Positions 9,344 through 17,689 of a DNA stretch of 30,736 nt are shown piece after piece. The stretch lies in the IMG/VR virus record IMGVR_UViG_3300049783_001441, one strand, 5' to 3'. Origin of the DNA: a virus. Lineage: Duplodnaviria > Heunggongvirae > Uroviricota > Caudoviricetes. Positions within the stretch are counted from its first letter, which is position 1. Each line of letters opens with the position of its first letter. The position numbers and the translations under genes are program-made. The notes beneath the pieces are model-generated. The model was not told where the DNA came from, searched no databases, and saw only the letters and a list, made by a program, of their open reading frames with translations.

Positions 9344-10452
9344 TGGGCAAGGAAAAAGCAGCGAAAAAGACCGATGTGACGAGCACCCTAGACGGGTTCC
9401 CGGTTTTCAACGTCAAGGGAATACCCTCGTCAAGCTCGCTGCGAGTCCGCACGCTGGTAGCCACACCAGTCGAGTGGTACCCGAGCAGCGTGGCCAAGTT
9501 CAAAGCCGAGCAGCGCGCCTATGTTAACAGCGGTGCACCGGGCACCGAGTTCGGCTACGATTCCGCTATTACTCCCGCCGCGGTAGCCATTCGAGAGCGC
9601 TCTAAGGACCGTAGAACCCAGTTTCGCGGCACCTCAAACGCCGGCTGGATCCAGAGTATGCAGGTGTTCGGCGGGAGCACGGCGATACAACAGTTGTCCG
9701 CCGCGCTGAACACGGCGCGAGTGGCTGGCATGGCACTTACCTACAAGGGGATGGACTTCAATTTTGAGCCGTGGTTTAAGCCGGACGCCACCTCGAAAGC
9801 CAAGGATCCAAACAGCCTTTTCACGAGCTACGCTATCAAGGTTTCCCGTATAGAGCGGGGGTTGTCCCTACTGGAAATGCACTCGCCGTTCTGCGAGTTG
9901 CCCGCTGCCGTGGGCGAACCCCAACGGCGCATATCGGCGAATATTACGCCAGTATGCGCAGACTGGTTCACCGTAACCACGGATGCCGCGCTAGTTGCAG
10001 GTTACAACCGGCTGGTCGACAACCCGGACCCGCTGTCAACCGAGCAGATCCGGTACATGCTCATGCTCGGTATGCTGGATAAGGTAACCCTAACGCCCAT
10101 TTACCCGCGTCTCGGGTTCGGAGAACTGCTGACCAGTTACCGGCGCGCGGTGGGTTCGCTGATCAATCCCGGCACCGTGAAGGGTTACGCCGCGGCGGCT
10201 GACCACCTGCTCGGAAACCCTACTAATACCTACCGCATGGAGCAACTGGCCCTACAAGCGGAGCGCGAGGTACCCTGGTTCACGCGCAACATAGTTACCG
10301 GTGAGGCGGCAGGGGGCGTGGAGTCGTACACTTACCACCCTGGTCTGCTGATGCTGAACAAGCCCGACGCCGACGCAAGCGCTATCAAGTTGTGGCGCGA
10401 GCACCAGAGCAACGAGCGTGCTAAGCAAGAGCAAGCAAACCGAGGGTACTAG
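9343..10452 (+). CDS. Hypothetical protein (369 aa), putative partner of the methyltransferase-helicase
   Basis: ATG at the TAATG overlap (MGKEKAAKK...), preferred over the track's start at 9268; directly upstream of the DUF6094-like gene. Confidence 0.8.
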   Translation: MGKEKAAKKTDVTSTLDGFPVFNVKGIPSSSSLRVRTLVATPVEWYPSSVAKFKAEQRAYVNSGAPGTEFGYDSAITPAAVAIRERSKDRRTQFRGTSNAGWIQSMQVFGGSTAIQQLSAALNTARVAGMALTYKGMDFNFEPWFKPDATSKAKDPNSLFTSYAIKVSRIERGLSLLEMHSPFCELPAAVGEPQRRISANITPVCADWFTVTTDAALVAGYNRLVDNPDPLSTEQIRYMLMLGMLDKVTLTPIYPRLGFGELLTSYRRAVGSLINPGTVKGYAAAADHLLGNPTNTYRMEQLALQAEREVPWFTRNIVTGEAAGGVESYTYHPGLLMLNKPDADASAIKLWREHQSNERAKQEQANRGY

Positions 10453-10499
10453 CCGCTGCGCTTGCCCCGAACCAAACACCATCTACCCTCGGACACACC

Positions 10500-13400
10500 A
10501 TGGCACGCAACGCAGCTACGTTGGATATGAACTTTTTCGCAATCGAGCCCAAAGACCTCGCGCGCATCCTGTCACACTTCCGGTTGGAGGCCCCCCAACT
10601 CTACGGCTACGGGGTCTCCGGCCCAACGCGGGTGGCGTTCGTAGACCCTTTTGCGGGCGAAGGCGCTGCGCTGGTACAGATGCAGCAATGGGCGACCACA
10701 CCGGCGGCGTGGGGATACAGCTTCGGTAACAACCAGACCCGATTTATCGGCGCATACGGCGTTGAGCTGCACGGCAAGCGGGCGTCCAAGTCCGCCGAAA
10801 CCGTGCGCAACGCCCTTGGCACCGTAGCTCGCGACTGGGACACCGGCGGCACTTCCAGTGGTCCGAAGGGCTTCGAGCTAGTCGGAGCGGTCAACCAAGG
10901 CGATGCCGAGTCGCTGCTCGTGAATATGTCGACCGCCAGCGAAGCGAGCACCTTGCTATTCCTGAACCCGCCTTACGGCGCCGACAAAGGTGTTCGGTCC
11001 ACACCCCAACTTATCAGCGCAATACTAAGCAATGGCAAGGGGCGTACCAGCGAACTCCGGCAACCCGGCGAGGGTCAGTGGTCCCCTACAGGCCGGGTTA
11101 TGGCTGTAGTGGGGTCGAACGACGCAGAGGCCACAGTGAGCGCACTGCGCCAGCACTACCACCGGGGTTACATCACGCCCGAGATATACGTGTCGCGCTT
11201 ACCCAACAAGTACAAGCAAGTAATCATAGTCATGGGTGCCCGGAGCACCTACGCGGGCGGAGACTTGTCGGCCAGTTGGATGAAGCCGCCCGCTACAGGC
11301 GGCTGGCTTGACGCCGTGCCGTTCCTCCAAGAGACCTCCACGCCCACGCTTATGCTCATGCAAGCCTCTCTGCTCGGTACCCCGAGTGGCGCGGACCAAG
11401 TAGAGCAACTGGACGCGATGGCATTCTCGAAAAACATCACAAGGTCGCGACTAGACGCCAGCCTCGTGCTGGGTGACTGGTCGGTGTGGGGTCCAGTAGA
11501 CACGCCCAACGTACCGGGCGTGATCACTCCGGCGGACATTCTGGCCCCGGTGTACTTCACGGGGACCACCGCGCGCCCCGCGCACCTCACGACCGCGCTC
11601 GCCGCGGGGGTGCTCAACGGCGTCGAGATTGAGCCTGACAACCCCTACTTGCCCACGTTGCTCATCAAGGGCTACACGACTCTGGAGCTATCGGTAACCG
11701 GCTCGGAGGATGTCGTAGTCGGCGGTGCGGACGGAACAGAAGTCACCCGGCTTAGCGGCATTGAATACACGAAGCTCCACCTAAGCGCCCTTGAGACCGA
11801 GACGGGGCGGGTAACTTCCGTCGCCATGGTGAACAAGCCGGAGCAGGCAACCAGTGGTTTCCGCTTTGACAAGCTGAATGTCAAGGATCTACTGGTGCAT
11901 TACGGCCCTTCGCTGCTGACCGGGCTGAAGTCCCGCATGTTGTCCATGGAGGATGCGCACCTCGATAGTGACGGTAGCTTCCGGCTAACGGACTACGAGT
12001 TACCCGAACTGGCCCGCCCGCTCTACCCGGCGCAAGCAAACATCGTGCGTTCGCTGGTCAAGATGCAAGAGTTCTACGCCAAGTACAGAGGCCAAAAGGC
12101 TCCGGGTGCGGTGCTTATGGGCGAAGTCGGCAGCGGTAAAACCTCCATGGCGTTGGGGTTCGCGGCCACCATTAAGGCTCAACGGGTGCTCGTAGTTACC
12201 CCTGGCCATCTCGCGTCGACGTGGGCTGAAGAGATCACCGCCGTACTCGGCGACGACAAGGCCACCGTTCACTACCTGCGCTCCAAGGTAGAAGCCTCCG
12301 ACGAGGCCGACCCGCTGGCTGACGACGCCGACCGTAAGGCGTTGTCGCGGGTGGTTAAGTGGGGCACCGCGAGCGACCCGCAACGGATGCAGATCGGGCT
12401 TATCACAGAGGCCACGCTAAGCGTCGGCTCCGGTATGACTACCGTCACCGGCCCGTGTCCTCGCTGCGGGTTCGTGTACCCGGCGCTAGGCCGGCTCACG
12501 AAGCGCGGGACGGAAGAGGCGGTCCACCTACGGAGCCGCTGCGACGTGATCCGACTGACTGCGGGTAACCCCTACGCCAACCGAGTAGCCACCTCCGCGC
12601 CGCTACTGCGGCAGTTTTTCAACGTGCAAGTACCGCAAGTCACGCTCCAAGGCATTAAGCCGCCAAAGGGTATTTCAGCGGAGCAGCGCGCGGCCTGGAA
12701 GGCGATTACCGTCCCGGTGCTGCACAACGTAGTCGGCGGCGCTCCGATGCCCCCCGCGGTCTCCGAAGAGCTGGAGTTGCTGCGAGGTGATGCCGGTTTG
12801 ACGATGCCGCACCCGGCAAACGAAACCTTCCAAGTTGCCGCGTCCGTCGCCCTGCAACTGTTGTCGGGTCTGCCGAAAGACGAACTAAAAACACAGGTGC
12901 TCAACCCGAGTAACCCTGTCGGGTGGGTCAAGTGGGCCTACGCCTCGGACGCCGGCTGGCGGGCCACTATCAGTCTGCTGAAGGCTCGCCCTGAAGTAGT
13001 CTCCGGGTCGATCTTGGTGGGCTTGTTGCAGTCGGCTCACAACCTCATCGGGCCGCAATCCCGCGCGGACCTACAAGCCTTCATCGTCGGGCACGACACC
13101 GCGCTCACAAAGAACAAGCTGAACGTGCGGTACACCAGCCCCTACCTTGGAAACTCGGTCGCAGTGTCTATGGTTGAGTGGGCTGCTATGCTGGTCGCTT
13201 ACGACGCCGGTTACGCCGGTATGCGCGACGTGCTCGGCTCCGACTGGCCCTTGGACAGTGACCGCGTGGATTGGGTTCGCAGCATGGGTTCGGTCCTGGG
13301 TAGCCAGTTTGAGTCCCGCGCTCGCTGGAGTTCTGGCCGGTGTGGCGAGCCCCGCTACAAGCTCGCAGCACGCGAGGACGACGCCACCAAGGCAGACCAT

Positions 13401-16400
13401 CGCCTGTACTTCCTGGGCGGCAAAGACGGCCTGCTGAAAGGTCGCACGCACCGCATGGGCCAGCGCAAGCTCATGCCCGCTGCTGAACTCGCCGCCCTGG
13501 TCAAAAACCCTACTGACGCTAAGTACCGCTTGCTGGCGACCCGCTGGTCTGCGTGGTTCCCTGGTGAGTACCTGATCGACCCGTCTGCCAGCGACTACCC
13601 GAGGCACCTCGTAGACCGCGAGTCGAGCGTTGGCCAAGGTCTGCCCTGGTTAGCTCGCGCGCCCGCGTCCACCCGCCAACTGCAAGAGCCTTTGATTGAT
13701 GTCATTATGAAGAACTTCAGTAACAGCATCGACCTGGTACTGTTCGACGAGTCGCACGCCTACGGTAACCTGGGTTCCGCGCGCACCGCAGCCATGCTCC
13801 GGCTGGCTAACTTGCCCGCCTATAGCCTACTTATGACCGGTACGTTCTCCGGCGGTGACGCGAAGCAAATGTTCCCGCAGTTGTGGGCCGCGTCCGCCGG
13901 TATGCGCCAGAGCTACAAAGACCCTAGCCAGGGCGGTAAGTTTGTCGCGACGTTCGGCCACCAAACATGGTCCGAGAAGAACAAGGAACTTGAAAAGATC
14001 GCGGACGACCGGGGAGTTTTGACGAGCAACAACGTCGCGTCCAACGTCATGGTAACCGACAATCTGGACCGGGGCGGCCCCGGCAGCGCACCCGGCGTTA
14101 ACCCCTACGTTATCTTCAACTACCTCCTTCCGTGTTCCGTGGGCATCACGAAGCTCGACACGGAAACCGCCGGTCGGCAAGTGCCGCCTCTGACCGAGTC
14201 GCTAGAATATGTGAACCCCGACCCCGTGGTCGGCCCCCGGTTTAGCGCGCTGGTTAAGAGCGTGATGAACGAGATCATACGGGTAAAGCTGGAGAAAGGG
14301 CTTGCCCGGCGCTTCGGTTGGGCTCTGCAAGCCTCGTTGAGTTACCTCGATGCTGGCTTCCGCAGCCGCCCGAATGACCGCTACCAGACTAAGAACCGGG
14401 CCACGCCGCCAGGGGCGATCGTCGCTACCCCGCAATACTTCGATGCCGACTGGTCCGCCAAGCACTACACGCTGCGCTGGACCGACACCACGTCATTGGC
14501 CAGGGTGCCCGGCGCGATTGCGCCGCTATGGCCCGAAGGTCACATTTCTAATAAAGAGAAGCGGTTGATCGAGATTATCAGGGAGGAGTTGTACGTTGGC
14601 CGCAAGGTTATCGTGTGCCACCACCAGATCGTGCTGCGCAAGCGGCTAGTTGAGATTCTGAAAGGGGCTGGTATCCGCGCGGTTGGCATGACCACCAAGG
14701 CCCCGGACCAACGCAAGCAGTGGATTGACGACGAACTAAGCAAAAAAGAGCCGATGCAAGTCTTGGTGACTAACCCGGCGCTGATCTCCACCGGGCTCAA
14801 CAACCTAGTGACCTTCAGTACGATGATCTGGTTTGAAAACCCCAACGCCGACGCGAAGATTTACCGCCAGACGGTCGGGCGTATTCACCGGCCTAAGCAG
14901 ACTCAACCCACCAAGTCAATCCGCCTCGCTTACCCTGCGCAGCAAGCCCGCGAGCAGTGGCTCGCCGCGAAGATCAAAGGCTCGCGTAGCATCGACGCGC
15001 TCGACCTCGACACCGGGCTAAAGCTCATGGGCGTCGGCGTGGATACCATGGCCGTGTCCTTCGGGGATAACGAAACCGGCGGTGGTGACGACATCAGCGG
15101 CGCGCTCGGTGCGAGCCTCTACCGGATGCTCATTGGCACCGACGACCCGGACTCCGCGATAGACGCGGCTAAGCGCCGAGTGCGAGACGCCGAGCTGGCG
15201 CTGGCCGGCGGGGTTACTGCCGGTGTGGTGACCGACGACCTCGAACTCGTGACCCCGGATGCACTCAAAGCCGTAGCCCGTCAATTTCCAATAGACTTCC
15301 GCATTATGCCGTACCGGGCGCTACCTTACGGTACACTCTACCGGCGCGCGGTTACTCGCAAGCGTCCCACCGCGGCTGCGAAGCCGCCCCAACGGACCTC
15401 GCCCGCCTACACCGAATCTCAATCTGGAGCCCTTGTGCAACACCTCATCACACCGCAAGGGGGCACTGCAAACGGAGGCCCCGACATCAGCGAGCCGTCT
15501 AACAGTAACCTCCTCAAGATTGCTGCCGCGTTCTCGGGTAGCCCGCTCATCACCGCCGTTCAAGCGGCAACCCCGGCATCCCAGCAAGGTCGGTTCAGCG
15601 GTCGCCGGGCAACTGTGCAACGTCCATCCAGACGCCCACAGGCGAGCCCCCGCGCCGATCGGCTTCCAGGGTTTACCCGCGCGTACAAGACCACAACCAT
15701 GAAGCCTCTGCGGCTGAAGATGCGCCTCAAGAAGCTGCACATTGCTTCGCTGGCGAGCCTCGCGATGTTCGCACTAGACCAGAATGAACCGGGTGGCCGT
15801 TTGGCCGCCGGGTTGTCCAGGGCGACCGGGTCGGAAGACTGGCCCCGCCGCGCAGCCCCGCAGGATGTCGGGCTCGGAGCTGGCTGGCTCCAGAACGACA
15901 AGTATATCCAAGTGTTCTCGCAACCAGACCCGAAGGGCAAGCTCGCAGAGGGCGTGGCTTTCTACCTCCTCGCACCGGAAGTCTGGGGTCTCGCCAAGGC
16001 GGTGAAAGCTGCCGACGACCGCGACAAGTCCGGCGTGGGTATGCTCAACCTCTTGACGCGTATGCTGCGGGCAACCTTTGGTGCCGACACGGGTAACGCC
16101 GACCATATTAACCCGGCCTCCGGCGCGATTCTCGCCAGCCCTGACCCGCTGGGCGTGGAGTTCGTCGGCCCCGCAACCCGCACCCTCGACATTGCTGGAT
16201 TCGTGCCGACGCCCCGCAACGTCGCCCCGGTAGCGCCGCCCACCCCGGTCGCTAAGCCCGCCGCGAAGCCCGCGAAGATCCCTGCGAAGATCCCTGCAAA
16301 GATCCGCCCAAACAAGACCGTGAAGCCAGTTCGCCAGCCCGCGCCGGAACCGGCTACCGCCGGAAAGCCGGTCGTCCATACCACCGCCGCTGGCCTTACC

Positions 16401-16838
16401 TACGCGGTCCTCGTGCCGGGTGCTAACCTGCCGTCCGCCCTTCAGAAGTCCCTCGGGGCGACCATCGCCAGCCGCCGCGCTGCGCTCGTAGTCGAGCACA
16501 ACGCGGACAACCCCGGCGTCGTGATCACCGGAGCGGACCTACCCTTGTACGCCACCGAACCCCCGATCAAAAATACGGGCATGTTCCGGCTGCGCAAAGC
16601 CGCCGACGCCGACCACACGTTCCGCGTGTTCTCGGTAGGCCCGCACCCACTGGGCGGTAAGGTCGTATGGGCAATGAACAAGCGCTTCGTGTGGGCACAA
16701 TTCCGCGTAGCCGCCGGTGACACGGCCCCCGCAGTGAAGACCTTGGTTGACCTCTCTGGGGCATGGGCTCGCAGCGTAAAAGCCGCGGTCGGCCCGAACG
16801 CCCGCAAGGATACCGCGCTGCTAGTTACCCCTAGCTAG
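10500..16838 (+). CDS. 2112-aa fusion: DUF6094-like N6-adenine DNA methyltransferase + SNF2-type helicase with Zn-ribbon insert + unknown C-terminal extension
   Basis: N-terminus MARNAATLDMNFF resembles DUF6094 starts; motif I DPFAGEG (10644-10664); motif IV NPPY (10965-10976); HLTTALAAGVLNG post-MTase segment; Walker A GEVGSGKT (12120-12143); CPRCG (12456-12470); DESH (13746-13757); LMTGT; QTVGRIHR motif VI (from about 14868). Confidence 0.85.
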   Translation: MARNAATLDMNFFAIEPKDLARILSHFRLEAPQLYGYGVSGPTRVAFVDPFAGEGAALVQMQQWATTPAAWGYSFGNNQTRFIGAYGVELHGKRASKSAETVRNALGTVARDWDTGGTSSGPKGFELVGAVNQGDAESLLVNMSTASEASTLLFLNPPYGADKGVRSTPQLISAILSNGKGRTSELRQPGEGQWSPTGRVMAVVGSNDAEATVSALRQHYHRGYITPEIYVSRLPNKYKQVIIVMGARSTYAGGDLSASWMKPPATGGWLDAVPFLQETSTPTLMLMQASLLGTPSGADQVEQLDAMAFSKNITRSRLDASLVLGDWSVWGPVDTPNVPGVITPADILAPVYFTGTTARPAHLTTALAAGVLNGVEIEPDNPYLPTLLIKGYTTLELSVTGSEDVVVGGADGTEVTRLSGIEYTKLHLSALETETGRVTSVAMVNKPEQATSGFRFDKLNVKDLLVHYGPSLLTGLKSRMLSMEDAHLDSDGSFRLTDYELPELARPLYPAQANIVRSLVKMQEFYAKYRGQKAPGAVLMGEVGSGKTSMALGFAATIKAQRVLVVTPGHLASTWAEEITAVLGDDKATVHYLRSKVEASDEADPLADDADRKALSRVVKWGTASDPQRMQIGLITEATLSVGSGMTTVTGPCPRCGFVYPALGRLTKRGTEEAVHLRSRCDVIRLTAGNPYANRVATSAPLLRQFFNVQVPQVTLQGIKPPKGISAEQRAAWKAITVPVLHNVVGGAPMPPAVSEELELLRGDAGLTMPHPANETFQVAASVALQLLSGLPKDELKTQVLNPSNPVGWVKWAYASDAGWRATISLLKARPEVVSGSILVGLLQSAHNLIGPQSRADLQAFIVGHDTALTKNKLNVRYTSPYLGNSVAVSMVEWAAMLVAYDAGYAGMRDVLGSDWPLDSDRVDWVRSMGSVLGSQFESRARWSSGRCGEPRYKLAAREDDATKADHRLYFLGGKDGLLKGRTHRMGQRKLMPAAELAALVKNPTDAKYRLLATRWSAWFPGEYLIDPSASDYPRHLVDRESSVGQGLPWLARAPASTRQLQEPLIDVIMKNFSNSIDLVLFDESHAYGNLGSARTAAMLRLANLPAYSLLMTGTFSGGDAKQMFPQLWAASAGMRQSYKDPSQGGKFVATFGHQTWSEKNKELEKIADDRGVLTSNNVASNVMVTDNLDRGGPGSAPGVNPYVIFNYLLPCSVGITKLDTETAGRQVPPLTESLEYVNPDPVVGPRFSALVKSVMNEIIRVKLEKGLARRFGWALQASLSYLDAGFRSRPNDRYQTKNRATPPGAIVATPQYFDADWSAKHYTLRWTDTTSLARVPGAIAPLWPEGHISNKEKRLIEIIREELYVGRKVIVCHHQIVLRKRLVEILKGAGIRAVGMTTKAPDQRKQWIDDELSKKEPMQVLVTNPALISTGLNNLVTFSTMIWFENPNADAKIYRQTVGRIHRPKQTQPTKSIRLAYPAQQAREQWLAAKIKGSRSIDALDLDTGLKLMGVGVDTMAVSFGDNETGGGDDISGALGASLYRMLIGTDDPDSAIDAAKRRVRDAELALAGGVTAGVVTDDLELVTPDALKAVARQFPIDFRIMPYRALPYGTLYRRAVTRKRPTAAAKPPQRTSPAYTESQSGALVQHLITPQGGTANGGPDISEPSNSNLLKIAAAFSGSPLITAVQAATPASQQGRFSGRRATVQRPSRRPQASPRADRLPGFTRAYKTTTMKPLRLKMRLKKLHIASLASLAMFALDQNEPGGRLAAGLSRATGSEDWPRRAAPQDVGLGAGWLQNDKYIQVFSQPDPKGKLAEGVAFYLLAPEVWGLAKAVKAADDRDKSGVGMLNLLTRMLRATFGADTGNADHINPASGAILASPDPLGVEFVGPATRTLDIAGFVPTPRNVAPVAPPTPVAKPAAKPAKIPAKIPAKIRPNKTVKPVRQPAPEPATAGKPVVHTTAAGLTYAVLVPGANLPSALQKSLGATIASRRAALVVEHNADNPGVVITGADLPLYATEPPIKNTGMFRLRKAADADHTFRVFSVGPHPLGGKVVWAMNKRFVWAQFRVAAGDTAPAVKTLVDLSGAWARSVKAAVGPNARKDTALLVTPS

Positions 16839-16877
16839 TGCGGGTTGAGTAGGCGGCGGCCCCTAGCCGACTACGCC

Positions 16878-16911
16878 AAAAGCCCCGCCAGGGATGTGGC
16901 GGGGCTTTTTT
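16878..16911. terminator. Bidirectional intrinsic terminator
   Basis: AAAAGCCCCGCCA-gggatg-TGGCGGGGCTTTTTT between convergent genes. Confidence 0.92.
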
Positions 16912-16937
16912 GTGTTCATGGTTATCTGCGTGGCCGG

Positions 16938-17177
16938 TTACTCGGTGGTCTCGCTGAACTGGCAGAGGACACACCCGCAAGGGTTTTGCGGCGTGCTGTC
17001 CGCGCAACCCTCGGGGGCATCCACTAACCCGACACCCTTGTCGCCCTCCTCACGGGCTCGCGCGAGGTTCGCGCGTGTCCACGGGGTTGACCGGTGTCCG
17101 TAGCTGTACGGACCCTCCTCGTAGCCTCTAAACCCTTCCCGTCGCCGGTTGCGTCGTCTCGACCACTTGTCAGCCAT
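16938..17177 (-). CDS. Small Arg-rich protein with Cys-rich C-terminus (79 aa), hypothetical
   Basis: Start overlaps the HTH gene stop by 8 bp and the ORF ends about 27 bp before the bidirectional terminator; no clear SD. Confidence 0.45.
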   Translation of the reverse strand: MADKWSRRRNRRREGFRGYEEGPYSYGHRSTPWTRANLARAREEGDKGVGLVDAPEGCADSTPQNPCGCVLCQFSETTE

Positions 17178-17550
17178 GGAGGCTAGGCGTGGGTGCAGCG
17201 GCTACTGGGATCTTGGAGATTACGCACGTCACGACTACCTGCTCTGTAGCGCGCACGCGGGCGTCTATGTCCAGCGCGTAGCCTAGCTTCCGAACGGACT
17301 TCGCAAGCCCGTGCAAGGTAGACAAACGCGTCTGCCGACCCCGCTGGCACATCTGCGTAACCCCCGTCGTCGTGATGCCATGCGCATACGCAATGTGTCG
17401 GCGGGCCAGCCCGGCAGCGACCAGCGTTTCCACGACTAACCTAACGATGTTGGTGGGTGCTCCAGTGACGGTCTGGGGTAGCGGCAAGAGCGCGGGTTTA
17501 GAGGTCTCGGAGTCGGCGATAGTGGAGGTTTCTGGCTTGTTTTCGGTCAT
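17170..17550 (-). CDS. HTH transcriptional regulator, XRE/Cro-like
   Basis: LVAAGLARRHIAYAHGITTTGVTQMCQRGRQTRLSTLHGLAKSV fits the XRE HTH pattern; AGGA SD 6 nt before ATG 17550. Confidence 0.65.
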   Translation of the reverse strand: MTENKPETSTIADSETSKPALLPLPQTVTGAPTNIVRLVVETLVAAGLARRHIAYAHGITTTGVTQMCQRGRQTRLSTLHGLAKSVRKLGYALDIDARVRATEQVVVTCVISKIPVAAAPTPSLHG

Positions 17551-17666
17551 GTTACGTCCTGCCGCCCAACAGGCGTAGTTTGAAGTGTAGTTTCGGAAAT
17601 GTAGCATTTCCGTGAGGTCTCGAAAAGCGAGGTTCTAAGGGGGTTATTATCTCGAAACTGGTCGTC

Positions 17667-17682
17667 AAACCCCGCAAGGGGC
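17667..17682 (-). terminator. Possible weak terminator or hairpin after the 611-aa gene
   Basis: Minus strand GCCCC-TTGC-GGGG-TTT; short stem and short U tract. Confidence 0.3.
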
Positions 17683-17689
17683 GAACCCG

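Noticed and set aside
12540-13343. Intein in the MTase-helicase (insert bounded by Cys residues)
   Set aside because: No intein block A pattern, no C-terminal His-Asn and no LAGLIDADG motif.
10500-16838. Complete Type IIG/ISP restriction-modification enzyme
   Set aside because: No recognisable PD-(D/E)XK, HNH or PLD nuclease motif, and the MTase precedes the helicase; treated as DarB-like instead.
16894-17103. 69-aa ORF with an apparently hydrophobic N-terminus (holin or membrane peptide)
   Set aside because: Starts inside the terminator hairpin; the Phe/Val run derives from the U tract.
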